From Thelocarpon superellum (Eukaryota): a stretch of DNA of 64,000 nucleotides. Both the position numbers and the translations under genes were made by a program. Under the pieces are notes generated by a model that saw nothing but the letters and a program-made list of their open reading frames with translations, ran no database searches and had not been told where the DNA came from. The stretch spans positions 1-64,000 of the forward strand of contig JAPEUG010000016.1 in NCBI GenBank assembly GCA_026025795.1, in the 5' to 3' direction. Positions within the stretch are counted from its first letter, which is position 1. Each line of letters begins with the position of its first letter. This document shows, piece by piece, positions 25,179 through 35,930 of this stretch.

Positions 25179-26414
25179 ATGTACGGCCTGCAACTCTTCT
25201 TGGGGCGGGTCACGGCGAGGGGCTGTCATCGCGCACATGCCCTGCACCTCGGCCGCGAGGTAAGCAAGCACCCGAGCTCTCCAATCGGCCTCTCCCGCCG
25301 TCCATGGCAACGCGTTGCGTGGTTCATCCGGCCATACGCCGACAGCGTATCACCTCCGACCAGACGCTCCCTCCATGAGAGCCGAGCGTCGTCTGGCAGG
25401 GCAGAGACAACTACCCATGCCTCCCAGATTGTCGATGAGGAAGGGTCCACAGCCCCTGATGTGGACCTCCCCTCCCAGGCCGAGCGTCGACGGGGCCATC
25501 TGTCGCGGCGTTTCAATCAGGTCATGGACCAGGCCCAATCAAATCTTATCCTAGCCAGCCAGCAGCTCAACGATCTGACGGGATATTCGGGCATCGAGTC
25601 ACTCAAACGGGCCATCGAGGATCAAGAAGCCCACGTGCAACGGTCGCGGGCCTCGGTCCGTGCTGCCAAGGACGTCTACACGGCTGCGATCGCGACGCGC
25701 TCGGCCTCCCAGCGCGAAGTCAACGAGCTGCTGCAGCGCAAACACGCGTGGACGCCAACGGATCTCGAACGCTTCACCGCACTGTACCGATCGGACCATG
25801 CCAACGAGCACGCCGAAGCGGCGGCCGGCCGGCGCTTGGCCGAGGCCGAGCAGGCCGCCGACGAGCAGGCCACAGAGCTTACCCGCAGCATCTTGGCCCG
25901 CTATCACGAAGAGCAGATCTGGAGCGACAAGATCCGACGGATGAGTACGTGGGGGACGTGGGGTCTGATGGGCGTGAACGTGCTGCTGTTTGTACTGTTC
26001 CAGGTCGCCGTCGAACCGTGGCGGCGGGCCCGCTTGATTCAAGGCTTTGACGACAAGGTTCGGGACGCTTTGGAAAGGGAGAAGCTTGCCGCGACGGCAG
26101 CAAATGAGGAGGACCGTCCGGTGAACACTCTACTCCCCAGCAATGCCGCTGACCCAGCGTCGACGCCTCTACCGTCATCAGAGGAAGGCATCCACACCGA
26201 AGCCGACGCCGACCCTCTACTGCCTCTCCCTCACGATCCGCCCCCACCCACAATCCTCGCCGCCACCCAAGTCACCATCGCGGACCTCTTCAGCCCACGC
26301 GTCGTGTCGTTGCGGAAAGTCGATGTCACAGCCGCCGTGCTCGAAGGCGCAGCGGCAGGAGCTACTTTCATGGGCATCGCCATTCTGCTCGTCATGGGAG
26401 TAGGGCGTGGCTGA
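25179..26414 (+). CDS. SHE9: Mitochondrial inner-membrane protein She9/Mdm33
   Basis: LNDLTGYSGIESLK, RSASQREVNELLQRKHAWTPTDLERFTALYRSDHANE, ILARYHEEQIWSDKIRRMSTWGTWGLMGVN, VEPWRR. Start codon uncertain. Confidence 0.93.
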   Translation: MYGLQLFLGRVTARGCHRAHALHLGREVSKHPSSPIGLSRRPWQRVAWFIRPYADSVSPPTRRSLHESRASSGRAETTTHASQIVDEEGSTAPDVDLPSQAERRRGHLSRRFNQVMDQAQSNLILASQQLNDLTGYSGIESLKRAIEDQEAHVQRSRASVRAAKDVYTAAIATRSASQREVNELLQRKHAWTPTDLERFTALYRSDHANEHAEAAAGRRLAEAEQAADEQATELTRSILARYHEEQIWSDKIRRMSTWGTWGLMGVNVLLFVLFQVAVEPWRRARLIQGFDDKVRDALEREKLAATAANEEDRPVNTLLPSNAADPASTPLPSSEEGIHTEADADPLLPLPHDPPPPTILAATQVTIADLFSPRVVSLRKVDVTAAVLEGAAAGATFMGIAILLVMGVGRG

Positions 26415-26675
26415 GCCGACACGCCCTCCAGCCGCACGTCCCTCGGACAGCACGCTCCCCCAACGCCACTTTATTCCTCCATTACTGTAGCGAAGCATGG
26501 CAATTCGGTGCTCGGTGCTCGGTGTTGGGTAGATAGATCATGCTGCCTTGAAGTATCTATATGCGTACAATCTATTCCTGGCCTGACACAAGCCCGCAAA
26601 ACTAGGCGACAAAGATGAACGACGAGGGATGATACGATGTGGCTTGCTCTACACACCTTCGCTCTTGCCATGTAT

Positions 26676-27571
26676 CTATCCAATGATCAAGTTCGTCTCT
26701 TCCGGGAAGCTGTACTCGGGGATGGCTAGATTCAGCGGGGCCGGGCCCTTTCGTGCCCGTCCAGAGATGTCGTAGTGAGAGCCGTGGCACGGACAGAACC
26801 ATCCGCCGAAGTCGCCCGATTCGCCAATTGGTACGCATCCAAGATGTGTGCAGACGCCTAGATGACACCGTCCCATGTCAATTGATGACAGAGCTGATTG
26901 GGCTGCACGATGGGACGACTTACCGACCATCACCAACCATTCGGGATTCTTCACGCGGTCCGAGTCGGGTTGAGGGTCACGCAGCGTCTCCCATTTGGTG
27001 TCCTCAGCCTCCTTGATCTCGTCGGAGGTGCGGTGACGGATGAAGACGGGCTTGCCTCGCCATTTGATGATGACCTAGACGGGCCGGTCAGAGCGACGCA
27101 CGTTGTAACACAGGGGACCACGACGTACGTTCTTGCCGAGGGGAATGGTCGAGAGGTCCACCTCGACCTTGGCTTGCGCCAGAACGTCGGCCGACGCCGC
27201 CATGTTGACTAGGAAATCTGGGAGGGATCAGCCGACGTCGCGTGGGAAGTGCGCGAGAGTGTCAACGGACCTTGCACGGTCGCCTTGGCTCCAGCCGCGG
27301 CTAAGAGCCCCATGGTGCCCACCATGAAATACTGGAAGACCAGGTTCTGGCTCTGGCCGCTGTTGCTCTTGTAATTGGCAAAGCTGGGAATCTTGGTGGT
27401 CTCGTTGGATTCGGTCTTGAAGGGACTTTGGAAGGAGGACTGTCCGGCCACCTCGGCGTCACTCTTGGCTCTTCGCTGCTGCATCGCGGCGCTTCCGACT
27501 CGTACTTGGGGTAATTGCTGCCGTGCGCATGCGCGCAGCAGCCTGGAGGTGCCGGAGGCGAGTGGACGCAT
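26676..27571 (-). CDS. RIP1: Cytochrome bc1 Rieske iron-sulfur subunit
   Basis: [68 protein letters not shown]. Three introns. Confidence 0.97.
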
Positions 27572-28149
27572 GATGCTGAAGACCTGGGACGCGGAGATGA
27601 CGGTGGTTGGTGGTGGGTGTTGCTGCCAGGCGACGAAAGTGATGAGGCTGTCGGTTATGCTGGTGGAGGTGGAAGTTCTTGTCGCTCGGTCTGGTCGTCG
27701 CTTTCCGGCTCGTCCTAGTCGTCCATTTCCATTGTGGTCAATCGCATCTACCCGACGCACATGATACACATCGATACCATCCGTTCAGTAGCTGGTGTCG
27801 GCCTCACAGTTACTTGCGCCTGTTGGATCTCGTTTAGATTCATCTGAATTATACTGGAAATGTCTGTGTGCACGACCTATTTTATCAAAGAGAACAAGAC
27901 CTTTGCCCGGGCTGCTGGCGCTGGATAGAACGTGCCCCTCCACGAGTAAGCGTGCTCGCTTCAGGAAACCGGTCCCCGTATAGCGAGGCACAGGTATCCG
28001 ACGCCTTGGTGGGTGATGTGCAACATAGTTCTCCTTACGAGATCGAGAACGAGCCTCATTCGCCTATGGATCCATCCAAGTGCAGTAATCATACTGCATT
28101 GATCATGACGCTCACTAAGACACGAAAGCAGGAATCGAATCAATGAGTT

Positions 28150-28929
28150 CTAGAGCGGGCTGTCATCCATAGCCTCATCCCTCTCGTGCTCCACGCGCAT
28201 CTGGCTTCTCCCCGCACTGCTCCCCGGCGTTCCGTTGCTGGGACCGCCTCGGATCTCCATATCAAGACGTGCCACGCGCTTCTGCACCGAGTCTGTGTCC
28301 GTGGCGTGCAGGCCGTTGGTCTGTTCTCCTGCCAGATAGTCCTGGCCGCTCGCTTTCCCCTTCCCCCCCTCTCCATCTGACTCGTCCACGGGCCGGAAGT
28401 CGGTCACGTCGGCATTAGTCGTCTCGCGTAACTTCTTCTCTTTATATTTCTTGTAGGAAGTGGTGCGCGGGACAACGTCGGTCAAGAACTCAAGGTTGTC
28501 TATCCGGGCCACTGCGTTCGCTGTGATGAATAGTGAGTTGAAGAGCTAGACTCACGTAGGCACAGATTGATAGTCACCTATGTCTTTGTACTGAATGTTC
28601 TTTCTGGGCTTTCGTTCTGATTTGACCACATTATGCCCCTGCTCTGCTAGATACCGAATGAACATTTCCTGTTCAAGGTCCTTCGTCAGCCTCCCGTGCA
28701 AGTCGTTCGACGGAGCGAAGCAATACCGCGGCAACGGTGATGACAAAGGCCGCATTGTTCGAGCAGCTGTTGACCTCTTCGTCGACATGGATGATTCGTT
28801 TGACCCGTGCCACTGTTATGGCCGTCGTCAGCATTGACCGGGTCGGAATCGAGGGGCAGCCTTACGCGGTAGCGATGCCTGGCCCGTCACCTCCTCTGGT
28901 GGCGGGATCGCGGTATTGTTATATGGCAT
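28150..28929 (-). CDS. DPB3: Histone-fold protein, DNA polymerase epsilon subunit C / CHRAC type
   Basis: MPYNNTAIPPP, LPLARVKRII, ATEMFIRYLA, RKNIQYKDIANAVARIDNLEFLTDVVP. Three introns. Confidence 0.85.
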
Positions 28930-29320
28930 TGTGATGTGTTTCAGAGTTCCTCGAATCCAAAGTGCTCGATGGTCACCGGTGCGACTCTTCCAGGTCAGGG
29001 TCTAGGGACCTGAATCCTGCTGCTTCCGCATTTTCGTGGGTTTCCTTGGGTTTTCTTTCGGGTGCTGTGAGCGGGCAGACTGGACTGGACCAATCTCTTG
29101 GTGCAGCGGATCAAACTTGTTGGCAATAGTGTGATGTACACGAGAGACGACCTGCAAAATGACACGTCCAATGACAATAGCTGGTGATATCAAGCCAACA
29201 TGACGCGAGATCAACCGCAGGTTGGTGAACAAACCCTCGCGTCGCCGATGGCATCGACGCCGCTTTCTGATGGCTTCTGCACCCTCTTCCGACGAATCTG
29301 GAGCTGCTTTACGCAGCGCG

Positions 29321-29530
29321 TGTTAGTGTATCATGCTAGCTGTGCTGCTTACTCACACACCAAGACCTAGAGGGGGCTATTAAATGTTGACCAACTTACC
29401 AATTACTAGGGTGATTCAGGGCAGGGGTAAAGGCAATCTCTATGCTTTCACACTGGTGAGCAAGGTTGTGATGTAGAGAAGGTCATGTGATAATACTAGC
29501 TAAATAAAGTCCTAAGATTTGAGAACAACA
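29321..29530. mobile_element. Possible degraded solo LTR (TGTT...AACA), TpA-rich
   Basis: Starts TGTTAG and ends AACAACA. AT/TpA-rich relative to flanks; contains GTCATGTGA. No TSD found. Confidence 0.3.
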
Positions 29531-29653
29531 CTGCTACATATGTGTACGTATGGAATGAAAATCTACGGACCATCCGACGATTCCCCTTCCCGATCTAGCG
29601 GGTGCGCCCCGCCGCCCTACGCTCGCGCGACCCGGGTGGCCCTCGCGCGACCC

Positions 29654-29689
29654 GGGGTGCGCGGGGGCTGTGCCGGGGGTGTGCCGGGG
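29654..29689 (+). other. Potential four-tetrad G-quadruplex
   Basis: GGGG-tgcgc-GGGGG-ctgtgcc-GGGGG-tgtgcc-GGGG. Confidence 0.6.
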
Positions 29690-31010
29690 TGCGACGCGAG
29701 CCATAGCTGCCGCCTAGCAGCAATTGGGAGAAGATTCCCCTTCACCACACTCTCCGGCCAATGATCGCGGCGCCCCCCAACTAGCGCGTCAACCAGCAGC
29801 ACTGCGCCTCCATTGGTGTTGGCTCTTCAGCCAATAATGGCCGCTTGAGCTGGGATCTAACGAGGGGCGCGTACTGATCGCCCAGACGCTTCATGTCGAT
29901 GACCGTGCTTTCACAAAGGGGACGTCCTTGAACCGAGTCCAATCATTGGCGGGGGAACTGCGGCGGAATCGCAGTCTTTCGCCGAGTCTCTGAATGTCTT
30001 GCTTGGCAGGGAACGTCAGGCCGCGTGCCGGTCCATGGCCTATGGATGTCTGGATGCTGGCCTGGATGCTCTGGCCGACAAGCTTTCCGAGACAGCCCCT
30101 TGACGTGCGGCCGGCTTTCGAATCGCTCATGGCTCGACCACAGTGTGACGCGGAGATGGCTCCCAGCTTGGAGTGGAAGTGCGACATGCAGATGGTCATC
30201 TTTACTGACCCGAACAAGGCCGAGCATCTCATTGCCATGACTGGCATGGTTCGTCAAGCGACCGCTGCGCACACGAGGCTGCGTTGACGGTCTGACCAGT
30301 ACCCGATTCGCACCGTGGTCGGAGGCAACTCAGCTTTCCCGGACCAGCAGAAAGACTGCCTCGGGAATTACCTTGAATTCTCACTAGTATGAAGAAGCAT
30401 GGAAGCTGGATTCGATTGCCAGTCTTCCTTTCATGCGTATTCGACCATGAGGCATTGAGAAAATGATGGATGATTTCTCATGCGCAATGGCATTTAGCAA
30501 GATTCAAGTGCCAACACACATCCAGTGGCCTATGCGCATATAGCCATTGCATAGCACGTGGCCAGAAACGCAACAACAGGGTCAATGGCTTGGTTGCAAC
30601 ATGCCCCTGGCTGACTGGCATTTTCCAAAGCCTTTTCCTTGTTAGGAGCACCGCACAGAGGATTTCCACGTAACGATACCTTGCCTACAGTCACAGCTAT
30701 TGTTAACAAGTTGCGAAACGGGTCATCCTTCGCAACCTCGCACTGCGTAAACATGAGCGAGTAGTTCCCTACGCGTGATTATAAATGGCTCATATCATGC
30801 CCAGCACACGACATCCTACAGGATCCCTCACGCCTCTTGTTTGCTATAAATTGAAGTGCGATTTTGACGATCCCAAGAGACCTCTATATTTCTTTGCCCT
30901 GAAAGCACTCAGCATTACATTTTTCACTCCACAGATACTGTTGAGGTCCAAAAGTTGACCTGACTCCACGTTTGGTACCTGTCCAACCTCTCGTCTGGCG
31001 AGACTTCAAC

Positions 31011-31524
31011 ATGCGCTGTTGCAATGCTATCAACGCTCTTGCCGTATCGCTGTTCCTTTTCGCTCCCTCGATCATTGCTTCAGCAGTCCCGCAACTCTTC
31101 GAAGGGCCTCCGGTGCTGGATAATGGTTCTACGGTTGGTTGTCCGGCAGCTATGCTGTGGGTTGCACTCAGCTGCTGATGATGTCTGGCTTCAAATTCAG
31201 GAATACCGATGTGTAGGACGTGTTCCTTCAACCGTGCCTGCAAATATTGCGACAAATATATTCCACAACAGCCGGACGGAATTCTGTCGACATTTGGGAT
31301 GTTACTGCAATGCGGATAACCAGGTCTCCTGCCCGGACCAGGCTCAAGACCCTTGGGGGTTTGTGGGAACGCCCCACATCCCAAAATGTCGGCGATGCTC
31401 TTGCAGTCAACCTCGCCCTCACAAATGGATCAAAGCAGCGCAAAAGTTTGATCCGCAAGCTAGTACAAGCAACGTGGCCCTATGGGGCTCAGCTGTAGGA
31501 CACGCTGGGGCAAGTACGCCGTAG
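31011..31524 (+). CDS. Small secreted cysteine-rich protein (~148 aa)
   Basis: Exon 31011-31133 (signal peptide ...AVSLFLFAPSIIASA-VPQ), intron 31134-31200 (GTTGGT..CAG, phase 0), exon 31201-31524 with 8 Cys (C..FC..GCYC..C..CRRCSC). TATAAA at 30845-30850. Confidence 0.72.
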
Positions 31525-31536
31525 CTAGCCATAGCC

Positions 31537-31792
31537 TGTGACGACAGAGGCCTACAGCTAGGCGGAGACAATGGAAGTAGTCAACGGAGTTGACTCTGTG
31601 GCTCCTAGGGCTCGTAGACCTATGACTAGCCTCCTTGTGTTACTCGAGTTGAACCCTGGGGCTTTGCTAGCTCGCAGCGGGACTCGGTTTATATACAGTG
31701 TCCAGGTCACGTGCTATATCATGTGACTATCACGTGAACACCACATGACCTCTCTCATCCTCGCGGCGAGGCGTGGAGCTCCCGGCCTCACA
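31537..31792 (-). mobile_element. Probable degraded solo LTR with an E-box array and TATA
   Basis: TGTGA...TCACA termini (alternative right end GAACA at 31740). Four CAYGTG/CACRTG boxes at 31708-31747; TATATAAA on the minus strand ~31688-31696; TpA-rich. No TSD. Confidence 0.45.
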
Positions 31793-33560
31793 CCACCATT
31801 AATATCGTTCTCTGCGAGCATGCACATCCTGTGCATCTTCTTTGCCACGGGCGGGAATAATGAAAGTAGGAGACAACAACTAGTCGACTTGAATTACGAG
31901 GATTACTCAGAACCAATCGAAGCTACACAAATATGTTCTAAATTGGGCACGATCTCGATGAAGATCATTGCCACAGTTCCGACGTTTGGAGACCTGCGGC
32001 ATAACGCGAATGGTAAGTTAGTTCAACGGCATGAGGGCTCAAGCGAGGCAAACGCCACCAAACAGTGATCGTCGTCTGGACTGGGTCGACGCCCTGTTTC
32101 TTCTACCGGCCGTTCGACCTCACTACTATTTAGCTTTTTGCTGGCGTTCACTGTTCCAGTGAGTCGATGACCGAAAATGCTCGTGCCTCCCATGCCCAAG
32201 ACCCTCGGAATGAATCGGTTGTGGCCGAGGCCAGCGAGAGGTGTAGATCGGCAGCGATTGGATTGGTCCGAATAGCTTGAAATGGAGCGTAGGAAGCTCC
32301 AGAAACAGATGAATTGATTCTTCCCTAAGAAACGGGGCGGAAGAGCACAAACCACAAGAGGAAGGGGCATCGCCAGAGACTGGGCGGCGGATGGCGGCGA
32401 GCGGGTTCGGTCCTGGGCGCTAGGCGAGAGACGGTCGGAACGGCGAGGCAGGAGACCCTGGCAGCATTCGCCGCACGTGCGGCAGAGCGAGGACCACAGT
32501 CTACCCACAGTCTCGGGCATAACCGACTTCTTGTTCTCCATGCGACCCGTGAGACTAGGACGCCGGATGACAGCCTTGCTTGACTATGGTGACCATGTCG
32601 ATGCCTACCGAGTCGCGCGCCAAGCCCTGCGCGTTTCCAATAGCGTGAATCGCGGATGGATGGGTGGATGCATCCGGCGGCTTCTGCCCGTCAGCACACG
32701 GCCGACTCCATCGACCAATCGCCACGCTCTGCGGGGTTGACAAGGCTGCGGCCTTGTCCGCGGGCCTTGCCCGGCCGACCATCTGGCCTCGCCAGATGTC
32801 TGATCCGACCTTCATGGCTCGTGGGACTAAGACTAATACGACTGGTAGCGCTTCTTCCAGCCTTCGATACGAGGAGCGCACGTCGCGCTACTTGTCCAGG
32901 AGGGTTGAGATTTCCATACGAACTGCATGAACGTACGCCAAATGAAGCTTTCCCACCGTGGAGCTCCGCATTCCCGAAGCATCTTTCTCAGCTGGATGCA
33001 TGGAAGCGGAACAGATCCGCGGCCAGGAAGCTGGCCGAGCTTGAACAACGTAAGACATTCCTTGCCGTCTCAGCAGCGCAGGCCTCAGGCGGGGAGGTTG
33101 GAGGGTCGACCAATCCGGCCGATTGTCCGGACGGGTTCTCGGCCTTGGAGGGTGCCATGCTCATGAGAGTATTGGACCCCGACGGCCTTGGACCGCGCCA
33201 CTTAGTCATTTAACCGCACGATTGAGTGGTGTCCTGGCGCTACGAAAGCCTCGGACTGTCGATCGAGGCGTTCCGGCATCAAGGCTGGGCCAAACCCGAG
33301 CACCGGACGCCCACCACCGCCTCTCAATCATCAGAGCAGGGTGTGACGGGCGGGGCGTGTTGCTTGGTCGACGACGACCGGCGATGATGGCTGGCTAGCT
33401 TCTCGATGCCCGAGGAGAGTCGGCGTCTAGGCCTTTTGAATCTGCTATAAAAGAAGCGCTCTTGCTCCGCTGAGCTCTGGATGCAAATATATCCTCCCTA
33501 CTTTCTTTGGATCTACCAGCCCACTAGCATTTGTTGCTCTCTCGTTCGTCAGCCTTCAGG

Positions 33561-34597
33561 ATGAAGTCCACTCTATCCTCTGCCCTCGCGCTCCTGAGCG
33601 CCGTGACTGCGATGGTGGCCAGTGCCGATGGCAATCAAGACAAGCGCTGTGCTTCGACGGACAGCATTCTCTCCTTGATGGAAGAGCCAACCAACTCGGC
33701 GTACGCTAGCGAGTACTGCAGCTACATCTTCGAGCCCAAGACGACCGTCACGGTCTATACCACAACCAACTCCTACACGGTCACGACGGGCCCTCTCACC
33801 ACGTCGACGTCGGTCAGCACCGTCACTGAGGAGTAAGCAAGAGCTACCCGACTTACGCAAGACCGGGACTGATGACGTCCTTCTCTAGCGGAACATCCAC
33901 GGTGTACTGCCCGGCGACCCCTACCTCGAGCGCCATCTGTGATCAGCCCGGGTATGTTTTCATCGACAACCTGATCATCGAGTTTGACAGCATCACGGGC
34001 GAGGAATGCCAGCAAAACTGCCTTGAGGACAGTGCGTGCGGAGGCTTCCTGTATGGGAGCTCCGGCTCCAACCCGCCTGTTTGCGACCTTATCAATCGGC
34101 CCATCCAGACCAGTGATATTGAGCCAGGTTCACGTACGTTCCACCATTCGGCCCGGAAGCGATGCGCAAGACCCGACTGACCATGTGGATAGCCTACAAC
34201 CTCTACGACCGTGATTGCCAGAATTTCCTCGCGGTATGTCTTGATGAGCTGAGTTCCCAAAATACGACTGACGTATCCTCGATAGCCTCAGTGCACCCCG
34301 CTCGCCAAACGTGATTACCCTGTGCCCGAGCCAACTTATCTGTCGGGCGACAGACGGAAGCAGATCTCATCGGCCTGCCACTGTCTCATCGGCCAAACTA
34401 AGCAGCCGAAAAAGACGACGGTGTCTGAAGCGACCTATACCGTTACCGATTTGACAGTAAGTCAGCGGCAGAATTACTCTTTGGCACAATGGGCTCTCGC
34501 TGACGATGATATTCAGGTAACAAAGACATACTCGACGCTTACCTGGTCGACGATCACTACGCCCATCACCGCAACGAAAGTCACGACCATCGAGTAG
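33561..34597 (+). CDS. Secreted Thr-rich protein with a PAN/apple-like Cys domain
   Basis: Signal peptide MKSTLSSALALLSAVTAMVASA, KR site, AYASEYCS, Thr-rich tract, CQQNCLEDSACGGFLY...CDL...YDRDC, ISSACHCL. Four short introns; TATAAA at 33446-33451. Confidence 0.8.
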
Positions 34598-35459
34598 TGC
34601 TTATAGTAGAAGCTATGATCATACGGTCTCCGGACCTTGCAAATGAATCCTTCCCTTCTAGTATATCCATATTTGGGCTAAATGGTTGACAACTAATACA
34701 ACATGGCTTAAGCCGCCAACTACATCCTGGCTGCAGCGACTGTCCTGTCTGACCTGACAGGTCGCGACAGGCTCCCATTGGCTCATGAGGTGGCCAGACA
34801 ATGCCACTGGCCATGGAGATGCTCAGCAATAGGATTGTGAGCTTTGAAGTGCCTCTTTGGAACTCGGTTCTGTAGGGCCACGAACAGCTTGCAACAGGAT
34901 AGGCCAGTAGGGTCAAATGGGAGATGGATTAGTCAGACTAGCCTCTATATACATGGGATGCTGGTGCCTAAGACAAGATAACAGAAAGACCAGGGACGAG
35001 AGGAACAATAACCACTTACCTTATTGTCAACCTAGTCGTCAATCACACCTCCTGACAGCAACGGACCTAGTGTGGCTGAGAAGACAATCGATTGGTCGTT
35101 GATCGACCCTTGTCTACATGAAGAAGCCGTTCTTCAGCAAACGGTTGTGGATCTCACTTAACAGATGATTGCTGTTCACTGTGTGGTGAGCACGCTGCTG
35201 ATGTGAAGCTGGAGGAATCACTCAATGCTCTGGGCATCCAATTCGAGATACAGGGCCATATCTTCATCTTTCTTCTGTCTGTATTTACGTTTGTCTAGCA
35301 GCATCAGTCTAGCTCTGGTTTGCAGCACGGGACCTGCAAATCCCCACATCTAGATCAAATATCTTTCGTTATCGAAGATTTTGAATAGAGCAGATACGCA
35401 GGCAGCCGCGTACCAGCCTCCGAGACCTGGAACTTGCCCCGCATCATACGCAGCCCAGC

Positions 35460-35735
35460 TGTATCACGTGCCTTAGCCCCATCGTATGTGATGAGCGTCT
35501 GCACAGTGCCTGAGTCACGGGACTTCTAGCAGTTGGCTCAGCACGTGACTAGTACAGAGACAACGCCGAGCAGTCCTGAAAACATATTAGGAATAGTAGC
35601 TGCGCGGCCCAGCACGTGACTTAGCATAGTATGTCAGTGGAGCAGCGCTGGTCCCGAGGACTCCGACCCTACAGTCAATAATCAATGGGCCTATCGCTGC
35701 TGGCCTTCCTAACCGATCGCACGAGCGCTGTAACA
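35460..35735. repeat. CACGTG-rich relic/regulatory region upstream of the CLC gene
   Basis: TCACGTG at ~35464, GAGTCACGGGACT at ~35512, and an exact CAGCACGTGACT twice (~35539 and ~35610). Confidence 0.5.
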
Positions 35736-35930
35736 GACAGGTCGCTACGGAGCACGCCAGACACCCAGTGTCACAAGTCAGCTACTTGTACGTTCGGCGC
35801 GCTCACACTTGAGGACAAGAAAGCGTCAATAGAGTGAGGGAATCGACCACCGAGAACGCCCATCCGTGTGTAAACATTGCCAGGCAGCCTTGATGCTCGA
35901 GTCAACTCTGGTACTCATCATCCACATGTG

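Noticed and set aside
32068..32110. WVDAL peptide reminiscent of the HET-domain WxDAxCI motif
   Set aside because: The remaining HET motifs are absent; a five-residue match is insufficient.
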